Below, in pieces: positions 24,590 through 37,300 of a stretch of 64,000 nt of DNA. The notes below the pieces were generated by a model that saw only the letters and a program-made list of their open reading frames with translations, did not search any database and was not told where the DNA came from. This DNA is from Felis catus (lineage: Eukaryota). The stretch lies in assembly GCF_018350175.1 (NCBI RefSeq), contig NC_058368.1, forward strand, positions 161,264,001 through 161,328,000. Reading direction: 5' to 3'. Each line of letters opens with the position of its first letter. Within the stretch, counting starts at the first letter, position 1. The position numbers and the translations under genes were made by a program.

Positions 24590-25756
24590 TTTTTTTTTTA
24601 TAAAATTGCACTTTATTTTTTGCATAGTAGGGGTCAGTTGCCCTGCTAAGCATTTCCTCATACATCTGCATCTTTAAATTGTGAAATAGGTATTTCTGTT
24701 TTTTTTATATTTTTATTTTATTTTATTGTATTTATTTTATTTTTTGTATTGTATTGTATTGTATTGTATTTTTTAACTTGTTTTATTTTTTTATTTTTTT
24801 AAATTTACATCCAAATTAGTTAGCATATAGTGCAACAATGATTTCAGGAATAGATTCCTTAGTGCCCCTAACTCATTTAGCCCATACCCCCTCCCACAAT
24901 CCCTCCCATAACTCTCAGTTTGTTCTCCATATTTATGAGTCTCTTCTGTTTTGTCCCTCTCCCTGTTTTTGTATTATTTTTTTTCCATTCCCTTATGTTC
25001 ATCTGTTTTGTCTCTTAAAGTCCTCATATTAATGAAGTCATATGATTTTTGTCTTTCTCTGACTGATTAATGTCACTTAGCATAACACCCTCTAGTTCCA
25101 TTCATGCAGTTGCAGATGGCAAAATTTCATTCTTTTTGATTGCCAAGTAATACTCCATTGTATATATATACCACTTCTTCTTTATCCATTCATCCATCAG
25201 TGGACATTTGGGCTCTTTCCATACCTTGGCTATTGTTGATAGTGCTGCTATAAACATTGGGGTGCTTGTGTCCCTTTGAAATAGCACGACTGTATCCCTT
25301 GGAGAAATATAAAGTAGTGCAATTGCTGGGTCATAGGGTAGTTCTATTTTTAATTTTTTGAGGAACTTCCATACTGTTTTCCAGAGTGGCTGCACCAGCT
25401 TGCATTCCCACCAGCAATGCAAAAGAGATCCCCTTTCTCCGCATCCTCGCCAACATCTGTTGTTGCCTGAGTCGTTAATGTTAGCCATTCTGACAGGTGT
25501 GAGGTGGGATCTCATTGTGGTTTTGATTTGTATTTCCCTGATGATCAGTGATGTTGAGCATTTTTTCATGTGTCAGTTGGCCATCTGGATGTCTTCTTTG
25601 GAGAAGTATCTATTCATGCTTTTGGCCAATTTCTTCACTGGATTATTTATTTTTTTGGGTATTGAATTTGCTAAGTTCTTTATAGATTTTGGATACTAAC
25701 CCTTTATCTGATATGTCATTTGCAAATATCTTCTCCCATTCTGTTGTTGCCTTTTA

Positions 25757-26006
25757 TTTTTTTTTTATTTTTTTTTAATAAACTTTTTTTTTAATTTTTT
25801 TTTCAACGTTTATTTATTTTTGGGACAGAGAGAGACAGAGCATGAACGGGGGAGGGGCAGAGAGAGAGGGAGACACAGAATCGGAAACAGGCTCCAGGCT
25901 CTGAGCCATCAGCCCAGAGCCCGACGCGGGGCTTGAACTCCCGGACCGCGAGATCGTGACCTGGCTGAAGTCGGACGCTTAACCGACTGCGCCACCCAGG
26001 CGCCCC
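25757..26006 (-). mobile_element. Young SINEC_Fc inserted into L1 ORF2
   Basis: CpG-rich, near-consensus body, long tail, perfect 15-bp TSD tgttgttgcctttta (25742-25756, 26007-26021). Confidence 0.98.
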
Positions 26007-29000
26007 TGTTGTTGCCTTTTAGATTTGCTGATTGTTTCCTTCACTGTGCAGAAGCTTTTTATTTTGATGAGGTCCCAGTAGTTCATTTTTGCTTTTGTCT
26101 CCCTTGCCTGTGGAGAGGAGTTGAGTAAGAAGTTGCTGTGGCCAAGATCAAAGAGATTTTTTCCCACTTTCTCCTTGAGGATTTTGATGGCTTCCTGTCT
26201 TACATTTAGGTCTTTCATCCATTTTGAGTTTATTTTTGTGTATGGTATAAGAAAGTGGTCCAGGTTTATTCTTCTGCATGTCACTGTCCAGTTTTCCCAG
26301 CACCACTTGCTGAAGAGACTGTCTTTATTCCACTGAATATTCTTTCCTGCTTTGTCAAAGATTAGTTGGCCATATGTTTGTGGGTCCATTTCTGGGCTCC
26401 CTATTCTGTTCCATTGATCTGAGTGTCTTTTCTTCTGCCACTACCATACTGTCTTGATGATTACAGCTTTGTAGTATAGCTTGAAGTCTGGGATTGTGAT
26501 GCGTCCTGCTTTGGTTTTCTTTTTCAAGATTGCTTTGGCTATTCGGGGTCTTTTCTGGTTCCATACAAATTTAAGGATTATTTGTTCTAGCTCTGTGAAG
26601 AATGCTGGTGTTACTTTGATAGGGATCGCATTGAATATGTAGATCGCTTTGGGTAGTATTGACATTTTAACAATATTTGTTCTTCCTATCCCGGAGCATG
26701 GAATCTTTTTCCATTTCTTTGTGTCTTCTTCCATTTCTTTCATAAGCTTTCTATAGTTTTCAGTGTATAGATTTTTCACCTCTTTGGTTAGATTTATTCC
26801 TAGGTGTTTTATGGTTTTTGGTGCAACTGTAACTGGGATAAATTCCTTGATTTCTCTCTCTCACTTCATTGTTGGTGGATAAGAATGCAACCAATTTCTG
26901 TGCATTGATCTTATATCCTGCAACTTTGCTGAATTCATGAATCAATTCTAGAAGTTTTTTGGTGGAATCTTTTGGGTTTTCCATAAAGAGTATCATGTCA
27001 TCTGCAAAGAGTGAAAGTTTGACTTCCTCCTGGCTGATTTGGATGCCTTTTATTTCTTTGTGTTGTCTGACTGCTGAGGCTAAGACTTCCAATACTATGT
27101 TGAATAACAGTGTCAAGAGTGGACATCCCTGTCTTGTTCCTGACCTTAGGGGAAAAGCTCTCTGTTTTTTCCCATTGAGGATGATATTAGCATTGGGTTG
27201 TTCACATATGGCTTTTATGATCTCGAGGTATGCTCCTTCTATCCCTACTTTCCTGAGGCTTTTTTATCAAGAAAGGATGCTGTATCTTGTCAAATGCTTT
27301 CTCTGCATCTATTGAGAGGATCATATGGTTCTCATCCTTTCTTTTATTGATGTGATGAATCACGTTAATTGTTTTGAGGATATTGAACCAGCCCTGAATC
27401 CCAGGTATAAATTCCACTTGGTCGTGGTGAATAATTTTTTTAATGTATTGTTGGACCCAGTTGGCTAATACCTTGTTGAGAATTTTCGCATCCATGTTCA
27501 TCAGGGACATTGGTCTATAGTTCTCCTTTTTAGTGTGGTCTCTGGTTTTGGAATCAAGATAATGCTGGCTCATAGAAAGAGTTTGGAAGTTTTCCTTCCA
27601 TTTCTATTTTTTGGAACAGCTTCAAGAGAATAGGTATTAACTCTTCCTTAAATGTTTGGAAGAATTCTCCTGGAAAGCCATCTGGCCCTGGACACTTGTT
27701 TTTTGGAAGATTTTTGATTACTAATTTAATTTTCTTACTTGTTATGGGTATGTTCAAATTTTCTATTTCTTCCTATTTCAGTTTTGCTGGTGTATATGTT
27801 TCTAGGAATTTGTCCATTTCTTCCAGATTGTCCTTTTTATTGGCATATAATTGCTCATAATATTCTCTTATTGTTTTTATTTCTGTTGTGTTGGTTGTGA
27901 TCTCTCCTCTTTCATTCTGGATTTTATTTATTTGGGTCCTTTCCTTTTTCTTTTTGATCAAACTGACTGGTGGTTTATCAATTTTGTTAACTGTTTCAAA
28001 GAACCAGCTTCTGGTTTCATTAATCTGTTCTACTGTTTTTTGGTTTTGATAGCATTAATTTCTGCTCTAATCTTTATTATTTCCTGTCTTCTGCTGGTTT
28101 TGGGTTTTATTTGCTGTTTTTTTCCAGCTCCTTAAGGCATAAGGTTAGGCTGTGTATCTGAGATCTTTCTTCCTTCTTTAGGAAGGCCTGGATTGCTATA
28201 TACTTTCCTCTTATGACCGGCTTTGCTGTGTCCCAAAGGTTTTGGGTTGTGGTGCTATCATTTTCATTGGCTTCCATATACTTTTTAATTTCCTCTTTAA
28301 CTGCTTGGTTAGCCCATTCATTCTTTAGTAGGATGTTCTTCAGTCTCCAAGTATTTGTTACCTTTCCAAACTTTTTCTTGTGGTTGATTTCAAGTTTCAT
28401 AGTATTGTGGTCTGAAAATATGCATGGTATGAGCTCGATCTTTCTGTACTTACTTGGGGCTGATTTGTGTCCCAGTATATGGTCTATTCTAGAGAGCATT
28501 TCATGTGCACTGGAGAAGAATGTATATTCAGCTGCTTTAGGATGAAATGTTCTGAATATATCTGTTAAGTGCATCTGATCCAGTGTGTCATTCCAAGCCA
28601 TTGTTTCCTTGTTGATTTTTTGATTAGATGACCTGTCCATTGCTGTGAGTGGGGTGTTGAAGTCTCCTACTATTATGGTATTACTATAGATGAGCTTCTT
28701 TAAGTTTGTGATTAATTGATTTATATATTTGGGTGCTCCACATTTGGCACATAAATGTTTACAATCGCTAGGTCTTCTTGGTGGATAGGCCCCTTGATTA
28801 TGTTATAATGCCCTTCTGTATCTCTTGACACAGTCTTTATTTTAAAGTCTAGACTGTCTGAATCAGTATGGCTACTCTGGCTTTCTTTTGTTGACCATTA
28901 GCATGTCAGATGGTTCTCCATCCCCCTACTTTCAATCTGAAGGTGTCTTTAGGTCTAAAGTGGGTCTCTTGTAAACAGCATATAGATGGATCTTGTTTTC

Positions 29001-29158
29001 TTATCCATTCTTTTACCTCATGTCTTTTGATTGGAACATTGAGCCCATTGACGTTTAGAGTGAGTACTAAAAGATATGATTTTATTGCTATTATGGTGCT
29101 TGTACAGTTGGAGTTTCTGGTGGTGTTCTCTGGTCCTTTCTAATCTTCATTGTTTTGG

Positions 29159-29173
29159 GTGTGTGTGTGTATG

Positions 29174-29222
<49 letters not shown>
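29159..29222. repeat. (GT)n(AT)n microsatellite in the L1 inter-ORF region
   Basis: Directly visible. Confidence 0.95.
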
Positions 29223-29225
<3 letters not shown>

Positions 29226-30419
29226 TCTTTTCTCCCCTCAAAGAGTCCCCCTTAAAATTACTTGCAGGGCTGGTTTAATGGTCACAAACTCCTTTAATTT
29301 TTGTTTGCCTGGGAAATTTTTATCTCTCCTTCTATTTTGAATGACAGTCTTGCTGATTAAAGAATTCTTGGCTGCATATTTTGAAGAAGCTATTATGAGC
29401 CAAGAATGAAAACAATTAATCCTTTACTTAATGTTTTAGTTGTGAGAGTTGAGAGGAGACTTGTATGTCAGTGATTTATGTTCTTATAATTTACTTAAGT
29501 TTCATGTATGTGCAATGCAGTCACAATGATGTGTCGTCAAAGGTGACTCTAAAAGTTTTGTCTGTAATACTGAAAGGATAATAGTGCCAAATGGAACAGG
29601 GGAAATTGAGGAGGAATGTCTCTGATAATAAAAGCAATTTTAGATTAAGACTATGAGGGAATTTCTAATATTAACCATTACAGCATGAAGCAGAGATCAC
29701 CTACTGCGAGGCATTTGTATGAATAAATTAGCAACTTGAGACACTTGTTTGCATTTTCCTAGAGAAATGAAATCCTGCTGAGCATCCATTTACCATCACA
29801 GCAAGAAATCAAGAATGACAAACTATAACTAAAAGAATTGTGTGTGGTTTGCATCTCACAAGGCATACCAGATAAGAAGTAAATGTGGGACCATAATAAA
29901 TGCTACCCTATAGTAGTAAGTTCATTCCATTTCTGCACAGGAACTCCAATCATGTGTATCAATTTCCTCCCAGTTTTGCAAGTTACTTACTAGAGGCTCT
30001 TTTACTTGTGCTCCCAAATCTAGTCTTCTCAAGTGTAAGTCATATGACATTTCTCATTTTCTCTAGTTACTTCCAGCTTTAAAAAAACTAGGAAGCCCTC
30101 TGAAGTGAATCATTGAAATTGCTGCCACTGTCTGTTGAAGGGTGCTTTTGCTAATAAGTTCTGAAGGTACTGCAAGTGCTGCTAAAGCTGTCAATGACTG
30201 TGCCACGATCGGTAACAGGTGATGTCTGAAAATGGAGACCAGTAAAGATGGCTCTGGCTCCTGTTCGTTTGACATTTTGGCACCAACACAGGGGATGCCC
30301 TGCCCTCTCTGTGCACCCTCCAGTTTGAATAACTTCTTTCTTATTTTGACTCTCTTATTTTTATTAGTATATGATTAATAAATCCTTAGAAAGTCGGCTG
30401 GGAATGATCCTAGTGTTTT

Positions 30420-31109
30420 TGATGAAGTTTTGGGGTGATGGTGGGGTGGTCCAGAGCTGACAGCCAAGGAATTCTTGAAGACCTCTTTGATGCAAAAAGG
30501 TGATTTTGTTAAAGCATGGGGACAGGGTCCATGGGCAGGAAGAGCTGAACTGGGGTCGTGACATGTAACTCATTACATACCCTCAGGTTGGGAGGGGGTC
30601 AGGGATAGAGTAAGTCTCTAAGAAATTTTGGAAGTGAGGTTTCAGGACCTTGAAGGGCTAGCTGTGGCTAAGGAAACACCATTTATTACCATTTAATAAA
30701 ACCTTAGTCATGAGACCCTTCAGATATATTTCAGGGTGCCATACACTTGGATATGATTGCCAGCATATATCTTGGGGCAGCTGAGATAAAGAAAGTAGAC
30801 TTATAGGATCCTTGAGGTTGGGATAATGTTAAACTAAGATTCCCTTTTACCCCTAGCAAAGTGTCATCATTGAGGCGGCTGAGGTCACTCTGCCAGTTTC
30901 AAGAACTTGTCAATGGACCGTAGGCAGTAAGGGAACTTAATTTTCATTGGCCTTAGTTTCTCACATGACCATGGCAAACACTTAAACCCCTTTCCTTTGT
31001 TCTTGGGCAGCCAGGAGTGTCCAAGGAACATCACACATATTCCACCTGGGGGTAGGGGGTGTGTTCCAGCCTATATTTGGCCCTCAGCTTGCCCCACACT
31101 CCCTCATCA
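30420..31109 (-). mobile_element. Solo ERV LTR (carnivore ERV1-like)
   Basis: Perfect inverted termini tgatga...tcatca, 690 bp, degenerate minus-strand poly(A) signal near the left end, flanks tttt / ttat. Confidence 0.85.
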
Positions 31110-31285
31110 TTATTGACTTAAAATAACTCCTCTCTCATCCAGACACGTTGTCCTTGGACACCATGGTTGGGCTTTAGCACGGTTCCTTCAAAGTTTCATA
31201 AGCTAACTTTATGATGAAAGGAGATTATTCAAGCAGAAATAAAGGAGCATAAATTAGAGACATCAGAACTAAAGATGTGGATTTT

Positions 31286-31505
31286 TTTTTTTAATTTTTT
31301 TTCAACGTTTATTTATTTTTGGGACAGAGAGAAACAGAGCATGAACGGGGGAGGGGCAGAGAGAGAGGGAGACACAGAATCGGAAACAGGCTCCAGGCTC
31401 TGAGCCATCAGCCCAGAGCCCGACGCGGGGCTTGAACTCACGGACCGCGAGATCGTGACCTGGCTGAAGTGGGACGCTTAACCGACTGCGCCACCCAGGC
31501 GCCCC
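31286..31505 (-). mobile_element. Young SINEC_Fc
   Basis: Near-consensus, CpGs intact; TSD agatgtggatttt (31273-31285, 31506-31518). Confidence 0.98.
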
Positions 31506-31972
31506 AGATGTGGATTTTAGAGTCCAATGGCAAGTGGTGTATTTCAGATGCTCTCTTCTAGTACATATGAAACTAGGTAAGAGGATTTTTCAAGACCTAA
31601 AGGCTGAAGAACTTGCAATAAGGGCCCTGTGGAGCTGCCAGGCATCTGGAAAATTGCCAGAGGTATACAATACTGTAAATTTCAAATGGTACCCAGAGGC
31701 CAAATCCCAGAAATAAGGGGGGAAACTTAACAATATAGAGGAGGAAATCTACTGCCAATTATCAAAATTCTCTTCTTCTCATCACATAATTCCATCCTTA
31801 GCTACTAGCAATACACTAAATCTCTAGTACAAGTGAACTCTGATAACAGGAAGGGGAGTAAGATATAGGATACACAAACTGGGCAGAGTAATTGCTACAG
31901 CATTATAGAAAAAATGTTTTTATAATGACAAAGAGCGTGATGGAACATGTCTGGCTTTAAGAAAACATGTCC

Positions 31973-32185
31973 GGGGCGCCTGGGTGGCTCAGTTGGTTGA
32001 GCGTCCGACTTCGGCCCAGGTCATGATCTTGCGGTCCATGGGTTCGAGCCCCGCATCGGACTCTGTGCTGACAGCTTGGAGCCCGGAGCCTGTTTCAGAT
32101 TCTGTGTCTCCCTCTCTCTCTGACCCTCCCCTGTTCATGCTCTGCCTCTCTCTGTCTCAAAAATAAAAAAACCATTAAAAAAAAA
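31973..32185 (+). mobile_element. Can-SINE (SINEC_Fc-type)
   Basis: ggggcgcctgggtggctcag...; TSD aagaaaacatgtcc / aagacaacatgtcc. Confidence 0.97.
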
Positions 32186-33939
32186 AAGACAACATGTCCA
32201 TTTAATTTTGCATAAGCAATATTTTGGACTGAAGAATTAATAATTTTAATGAAGAATTAATAATTTTAATGTATGTTATTGAGCTTAAAATGTATCTTAT
32301 TCAATGTTTATTGTCAATACTCTAAGGCACATTCCAAAACTACTGATCTTCTAGTAGGAATGTTGGTCAATGATGACCATAAAGAATGAGGTATGGCTAT
32401 TCTTAAATGTTTATTTTCAACATATATTCTTTGTAAACCAGTTAAAAACCTAAAAGAAACTTGCTCCTGCGTATTGTAGCTTTCCAAAGTCTCTGATGAG
32501 CCCTAATTCCATGCCTTTATCAATTAACGGTAAGGTAGTATCAGTATGAGCTCTAAGAACCCTCAAAGTAATATTTGTGAGAAGAACCCTCAAGAGAACA
32601 AAGAAAAAGTTTAAATATCCACAAGTTCAAATATTTGAATTTATAGAAGAATAAAAATCTTAATTCCAGAAAAGGACTTTCAGATTGATCAATATCAAAT
32701 CAGAATTATTTAAAGAATTAAGTTCTCAAAAATTCAAGCCTTTATAATTTTTATCAAGCGTATGTACAATCTATCTAAAAATATAAACCACTTCACTTTG
32801 CAATATTGTGTTTTGATTAAGCATTTGCATGCATATAAACACTGCTAAATTTTATATTTGCTCATTTAAAAAGAGTTTTTTCAAGTATTTGTGTCAGAGG
32901 ACATAGAATCTGAATCTAATCTTCATTTTGTACCTATTTCATCCCTTTCCCCAAGCCAGTCTTTCAGAGAGAGAAAAGCTGGTGTAAATGGAAAGATAAG
33001 ATTTCTTCTATATGTTTCTGAGTCTGTCTTTAATTCCTCAATATCCTTAGAACTCATACCACTGTAAATATAAACACTTGAAAACATTTATTGGGCTTTG
33101 AATGACTTATTTTAACCCAAATAGCATATATGGAATGCATATTGTATTATAGGTAGGCACTATAATAGCTAGATACTATATTTTGCTTTTATTTTTGATG
33201 ATTTACATTTATCTGTTCTTTCTTTTTCTAAACAAGAAAGCTGACAGATCCCTATAATAATAATGAAATGTTACCTATGTTGTTTGGTGAGGAAATCTTC
33301 CTGAATCCAGTGAAAAAAACTCAGATTTATTTCCTGCCTTAACTGCTTACCACCTTTCCCTTCGAGATTCCTATATCCAGGTGCAAAAATTTAGCCTGCA
33401 GCTTAGCTCAAGAGCTGTGGTGATGCTAGCATTTTTACCTTTCATTGCACCTCTGGTGTCGGTTCATTTCGCACCTTCCTACATGCCCCATAGAGCTGAT
33501 CTGAGCACAGAAAACCCTTTGAAGTCACTTGGAACTTTGTGCTCTGATGAGGCCTGAAGGACATGCAAAGTAAGAAACATGGCCATGCTTGCAAAGAAGG
33601 TGAAAATTCAATCAGTTTTACTAATGTGTTGCTTATACCTCAAGGCATGACTATGTGTGCATATGTGTTTATCTGCAATAAAAACAGAGCAAAGCAAATT
33701 TTAATTTTGCAAAAACAGAACGCTTACATAGATATGCCTACTACACTTAAGCTAAATTATTTCCCATATGGAAAAATAGATTAAGTAAATTAGGTGAAAG
33801 AAATGCCTTCAAAGGTTCATGTAGAAAGTATTTACTTGCACCATAACATCTAAACCAATACTTAATATATATATTCCTTTAAAAATAATGTGCTTTAAGA
33901 AGGAGTTTGAAGCAAAACCAGTTAATGGTTGTGATACAC

Positions 33940-34535
33940 TAATAACCTCCACTGCATAGGTCCAAATCTTAAAACCATATCAAACACAATACCCATTTTT
34001 GGGTGTGCCAGTAAATGCGCAGTAAATGAGCATGCAGCTTTGGGGCTGGGACCATCTATGCTTTGCCAATCTACATTGACAGGCTCAGCCAACAGGGAAA
34101 GCCACAGGGACACTGAAGGGCTGGAAGCTGTTTGCGTCCTTTGAGCTTTCCGCCTACTTCCTGTTCCTATCAGTTTTGCCTCAGTCTAACTTTTTGACAT
34201 TTGACAGACAATTTGTTCTAGTGGCTCCAGCAATTAAGTCTACTATGCATTTTCTTACTACTTAATGAATCAGCCCCATCACAGGCTTTCAGAGACAATT
34301 GCAGCTACTGGCCAGTGCTCCTCCTCACATATCTGATTTTCAACTTCCTCTGGTCCCTTCCCCAAGCTACTAAATTTTAATAATTTCAACTGTCCCCCTT
34401 TGATTACCCAGCTCTAAGCAGAGTAGTTGGCACCTGCAATTGCTATCTGTGTGATATCTTAATTAAAAGTTTTATATTAAGTTCTCTCTAATGTTAAAAT
34501 GTTACTGTTTTCTGACTAGACTCAGAATGGAACAC
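33940..34535 (+). mobile_element. Ancient ERVL LTR (LTR41/LTR33A-like)
   Basis: aggctcagccaacagggaaagccacagggacactgaagggctggaag and the 3' end attaagttctctct...ctgttttctgactagactcagaatggaaca. Confidence 0.5.
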
Positions 34536-34571
34536 ATATTTAGTTTAATCCACAGTTATTTAGGGATTTTA

Positions 34572-34657
34572 TAAAGGTGACCACATATTCTGAGTGTAAA
34601 GAACACTTCTGAGTGCAAACAGCTGTCCCAGGCAAACCAGAACCTATGGTCACACTA
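34572..34657. mobile_element. MER94-like hAT-Blackjack MITE, internally deleted
   Basis: TIR-like ends taaaggtgaccacat ... ctgtcccaggcaaaccagaacctatggtcacacta. Confidence 0.7.
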
Positions 34658-34933
34658 GATATGCCACTAAATTCAATCCTAACTGAAATTCTGGTAGCAG
34701 TGTTAACAGTTAGAATCTGAATTCTTCCTAGAATTGACCTCACAAACCTAGAGGCTAAGAATTACTGCCTTCACCTCACCCCCACCCTTGCTAGTCAGGT
34801 TGCAATTTTGGGAAGTCACTTGTGAACATGGCTATAAACAGTGGTAATGTTGCAAGAATCCTTAACATGGTACTGATCTTTCCAAAGTGCACATCTGATT
34901 GTATCTCTCTTCTGCTTTAAGCATTCAATTGGT

Positions 34934-35150
34934 GGGGCGCCTGGGTGGCTCAGTTGGTTAAGCGTCCAACTTCAGTTCAGGTCATGATCTCACGGTTCGT
35001 GGGTTCAAGCCCCATGTTGGGCTCTGTGCTGACAGCTCAGAGCCTGGAGCCTGCTTTGGATTCTGTGTCTCCCTCTCTCTTTCCCTCTCCCACTGACACT
35101 CTGTCTCTCTCTCTCTCTCTCAAAAATAAATAAACATTAACAACAAAAAA
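34934..35150 (+). mobile_element. Can-SINE (SINEC_Fc-type) inserted in L2
   Basis: ggggcgcctgggtggctcagttggttaagcgtcc...aaaaataaataaacatt. Confidence 0.96.
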
Positions 35151-35475
35151 TTCCCTGGTTACCCCATTATATCAGATAGAGTCTATACTTAGATATTGAT
35201 TTCTCTGAGAAATCCCAAAGAGTGTATGAAAGCTTCTTGTATGAATACTCCTAGAACCCTTAATATCTTAATAACTAATGTTATCATAACACTCAAAACA
35301 ATATTATAACTATTTGTTTGCTTGTATGTATCACCTATTTGATTGTAAATTCTATGAAATCAGAGACTATGTCATGTTCACTGTTGCTAGTGATGAATCC
35401 ATTGTCTAGCACTCAAAATTATCTCAATAAATTGTATACTTAATTTCTCCTCCATGTACAAAGAAATGAATGATG
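35150..35475 (+). mobile_element. L2 3' end
   Basis: gattgtaaattctatgaaatcagagactatgtc...ctcaataaatt. Confidence 0.6.
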
Positions 35476-36329
35476 GAAGTGCTAGAAAGAATTCCCTATT
35501 GTACTGGGTCAACACCTCAGTTTTTGGATGGTTCACCCCGCATCTTTAAGCAAGATAACTGGGAAGAAAGGAGGTATATTATCAGGGATATCAAGTTAAT
35601 TCTCACACAAGCAGCAGAGAGTTCTAAGAAAAAGAAATAATGTGATTCCTGCATAAACAATTGAAAACTCATTGTCCCACAGGTATCTCCCTTGTGGCAC
35701 CCACACTTACACAATTGTACATTGACATATTGGTGGGCTACTTTTGGAAAAGTTCAACTATAATATTTTTTAAAATACGATAAAAAAGATCTTTTATGTC
35801 ATAACATGGGAGTTATTTATTTCCAACCTAGAGTGTCTTGGTTGAAAGTCTTATAAACTACATGAATTAGGGATCCTTTCTAACATTGTCTGTGGCATCC
35901 TGTAGGCCAAAGGTTTTTAAAATATTTGGATCAGTATAGAATCAAAGGCATATCATACATGTTCATCTTGAGTAAACTTGCTATCATTCATAAATTCAGT
36001 AATGTCACAAAATTCCATTCAATGTGAAGAAATATTTAGGCCAAAAACAAAATATAGGCATGCCTGTACATGTATCTATCAACTTTCCCTAGATTATAGT
36101 GATTTCATATCTTTGCAAGACTTCAGAAAGTATTAATGGACTAGAGAATCTTTAAGAATACGATGAAAATTAGCAAGCTCTCTCCTGAAAATGTGCACAC
36201 ACATATACATTGTCTTGTTTGCTATTTCAAGTTACTTAGGGATTGTCTGAAACCATCCATGGGCTCAGACATGTGCCATGTGAATGGCTGAAAATTCTAT
36301 GTTTTATCTCAAAATCAATGCTATATAGA

Positions 36330-36900
36330 TAACTTACAGCCACTTCACTTTGGCATGTCGTGAATAGAATTCTTTATCTTCTGTTCACATCTGCATACAC
36401 CAGTTCAATTCCAATCTCAGTGAATGACAACATTGTCCACCTAGTTTATTATTCATAAACATGGAAATTATACTTTACCCATTTTCTTTTAGTTCCTTCA
36501 TCCAATCAATTAACAAATCATATTGATTCTTTATACTTAATTACTCTTAAATATGACTTGTTCTTTTATCTTCTTATCGACACAATAAGCACTTGTTTTC
36601 TCCTATGTGAACTCCCCACCTCCAGCCTTGCTTTTTCAAACTGATTCTTCATGCGGTAGCTAAAATGAGCATTCTAAAATATTGATCATATGATTACATG
36701 ATTTGAAATCATCAAAGTTTCAACCATCGCCTTTACAATAAGAACAAACACTTCATTATTATGGTTTAAAGACTTGTTGTAGCCTTGTCTGTTGAAAATT
36801 CTCTACAAGTAATGTAGGCCTCTGCCACAGTATTCAATCTCAGATGTCCCCTAACCCTGTGGGCCCTTGTTTGAATTCTTTATCCTGATCAAGTTGGAAA
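36330..36900 (+). mobile_element. L2 fragment
   Basis: atctcagtgaatgacaacattgtccacctag...catccaatcaattaacaaatcatattgattct. Confidence 0.6.
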
Positions 36901-36912
36901 ATACTCTTCACA

Positions 36913-37141
36913 GGGGTGACTGGGTGGCTCAGTTGGCTAAGACTCAGTTGATTTTGGCTCAGGTCATAGTCAGGGTTGTGAGACTGAGCACTGTGTCAGG
37001 CTCCATGCTGGGTGAGAAGCCTGCTTAAAATTCTTTCTTTCCCTCTCACTCTGCCCCTTCTCTGTACACGCATGTACACACTCTCTCCTTTTTCCTTTGG
37101 CTCTCCCCCTCTCCTTCTCTAGATAGATAGATAAATAAATG
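36913..37141 (+). mobile_element. Can-SINE (older subtype)
   Basis: ggggtgactgggtggctcag...; TSD aaaatactcttca / aaaatgctcttca. Confidence 0.92.
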
Positions 37142-37174
37142 AAAATGCTCTTCATGTAGGAGAAATCTCTTGGG

Positions 37175-37300
37175 CTTAAGGCAAAGGAACAGAACAATCA
37201 TCAAGAAATCTGGGTTCTAATACTAAATTTGACACTGGGGCAACTTATATAACTTGTATGGACCTCAATTTCCTCATTATACAAACAAGTGGAGTTACTG
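37175..37300 (+). mobile_element. MIR fragment
   Basis: tcaagaaatctgggttctaat...ggacctcaatttcctcatt. Confidence 0.6.

Larger units (their letters stand above)
24590..29383 (-). mobile_element. 5'-truncated felid LINE-1 (L1_Fc-like) with disrupted ORF2, ORF1 C-terminus and a 3' transduction
   Basis: ORF-track fragments give endonuclease (AAEYTFFSSAH..SRIDHILGHK), RT (LFADDMIL) and C-terminal ([23 protein letters not shown]) peptides; 3' end at ~24801 with A-tail; 11-bp TSD aagaagctatt at 24579-24589 and 29384-29394. Confidence 0.97.

Noticed and set aside
25102..28640. Minus-strand ORFs with endonuclease and RT motifs as a functional CDS
   Set aside because: L1 ORF2 is split by frameshifts, stops and a SINE insertion, and the element is 5'-truncated with no promoter.
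33446..33462. CTCF-like motif (minus strand gacaccagaggtgca)
   Set aside because: It mismatches the highly informative GGC part of the core.
33503..33545. Hairpin gagcacaga...tttgtgctc as a miRNA precursor
   Set aside because: The stem is only ~9 bp with a large unpaired interior, too short for a pre-miRNA.
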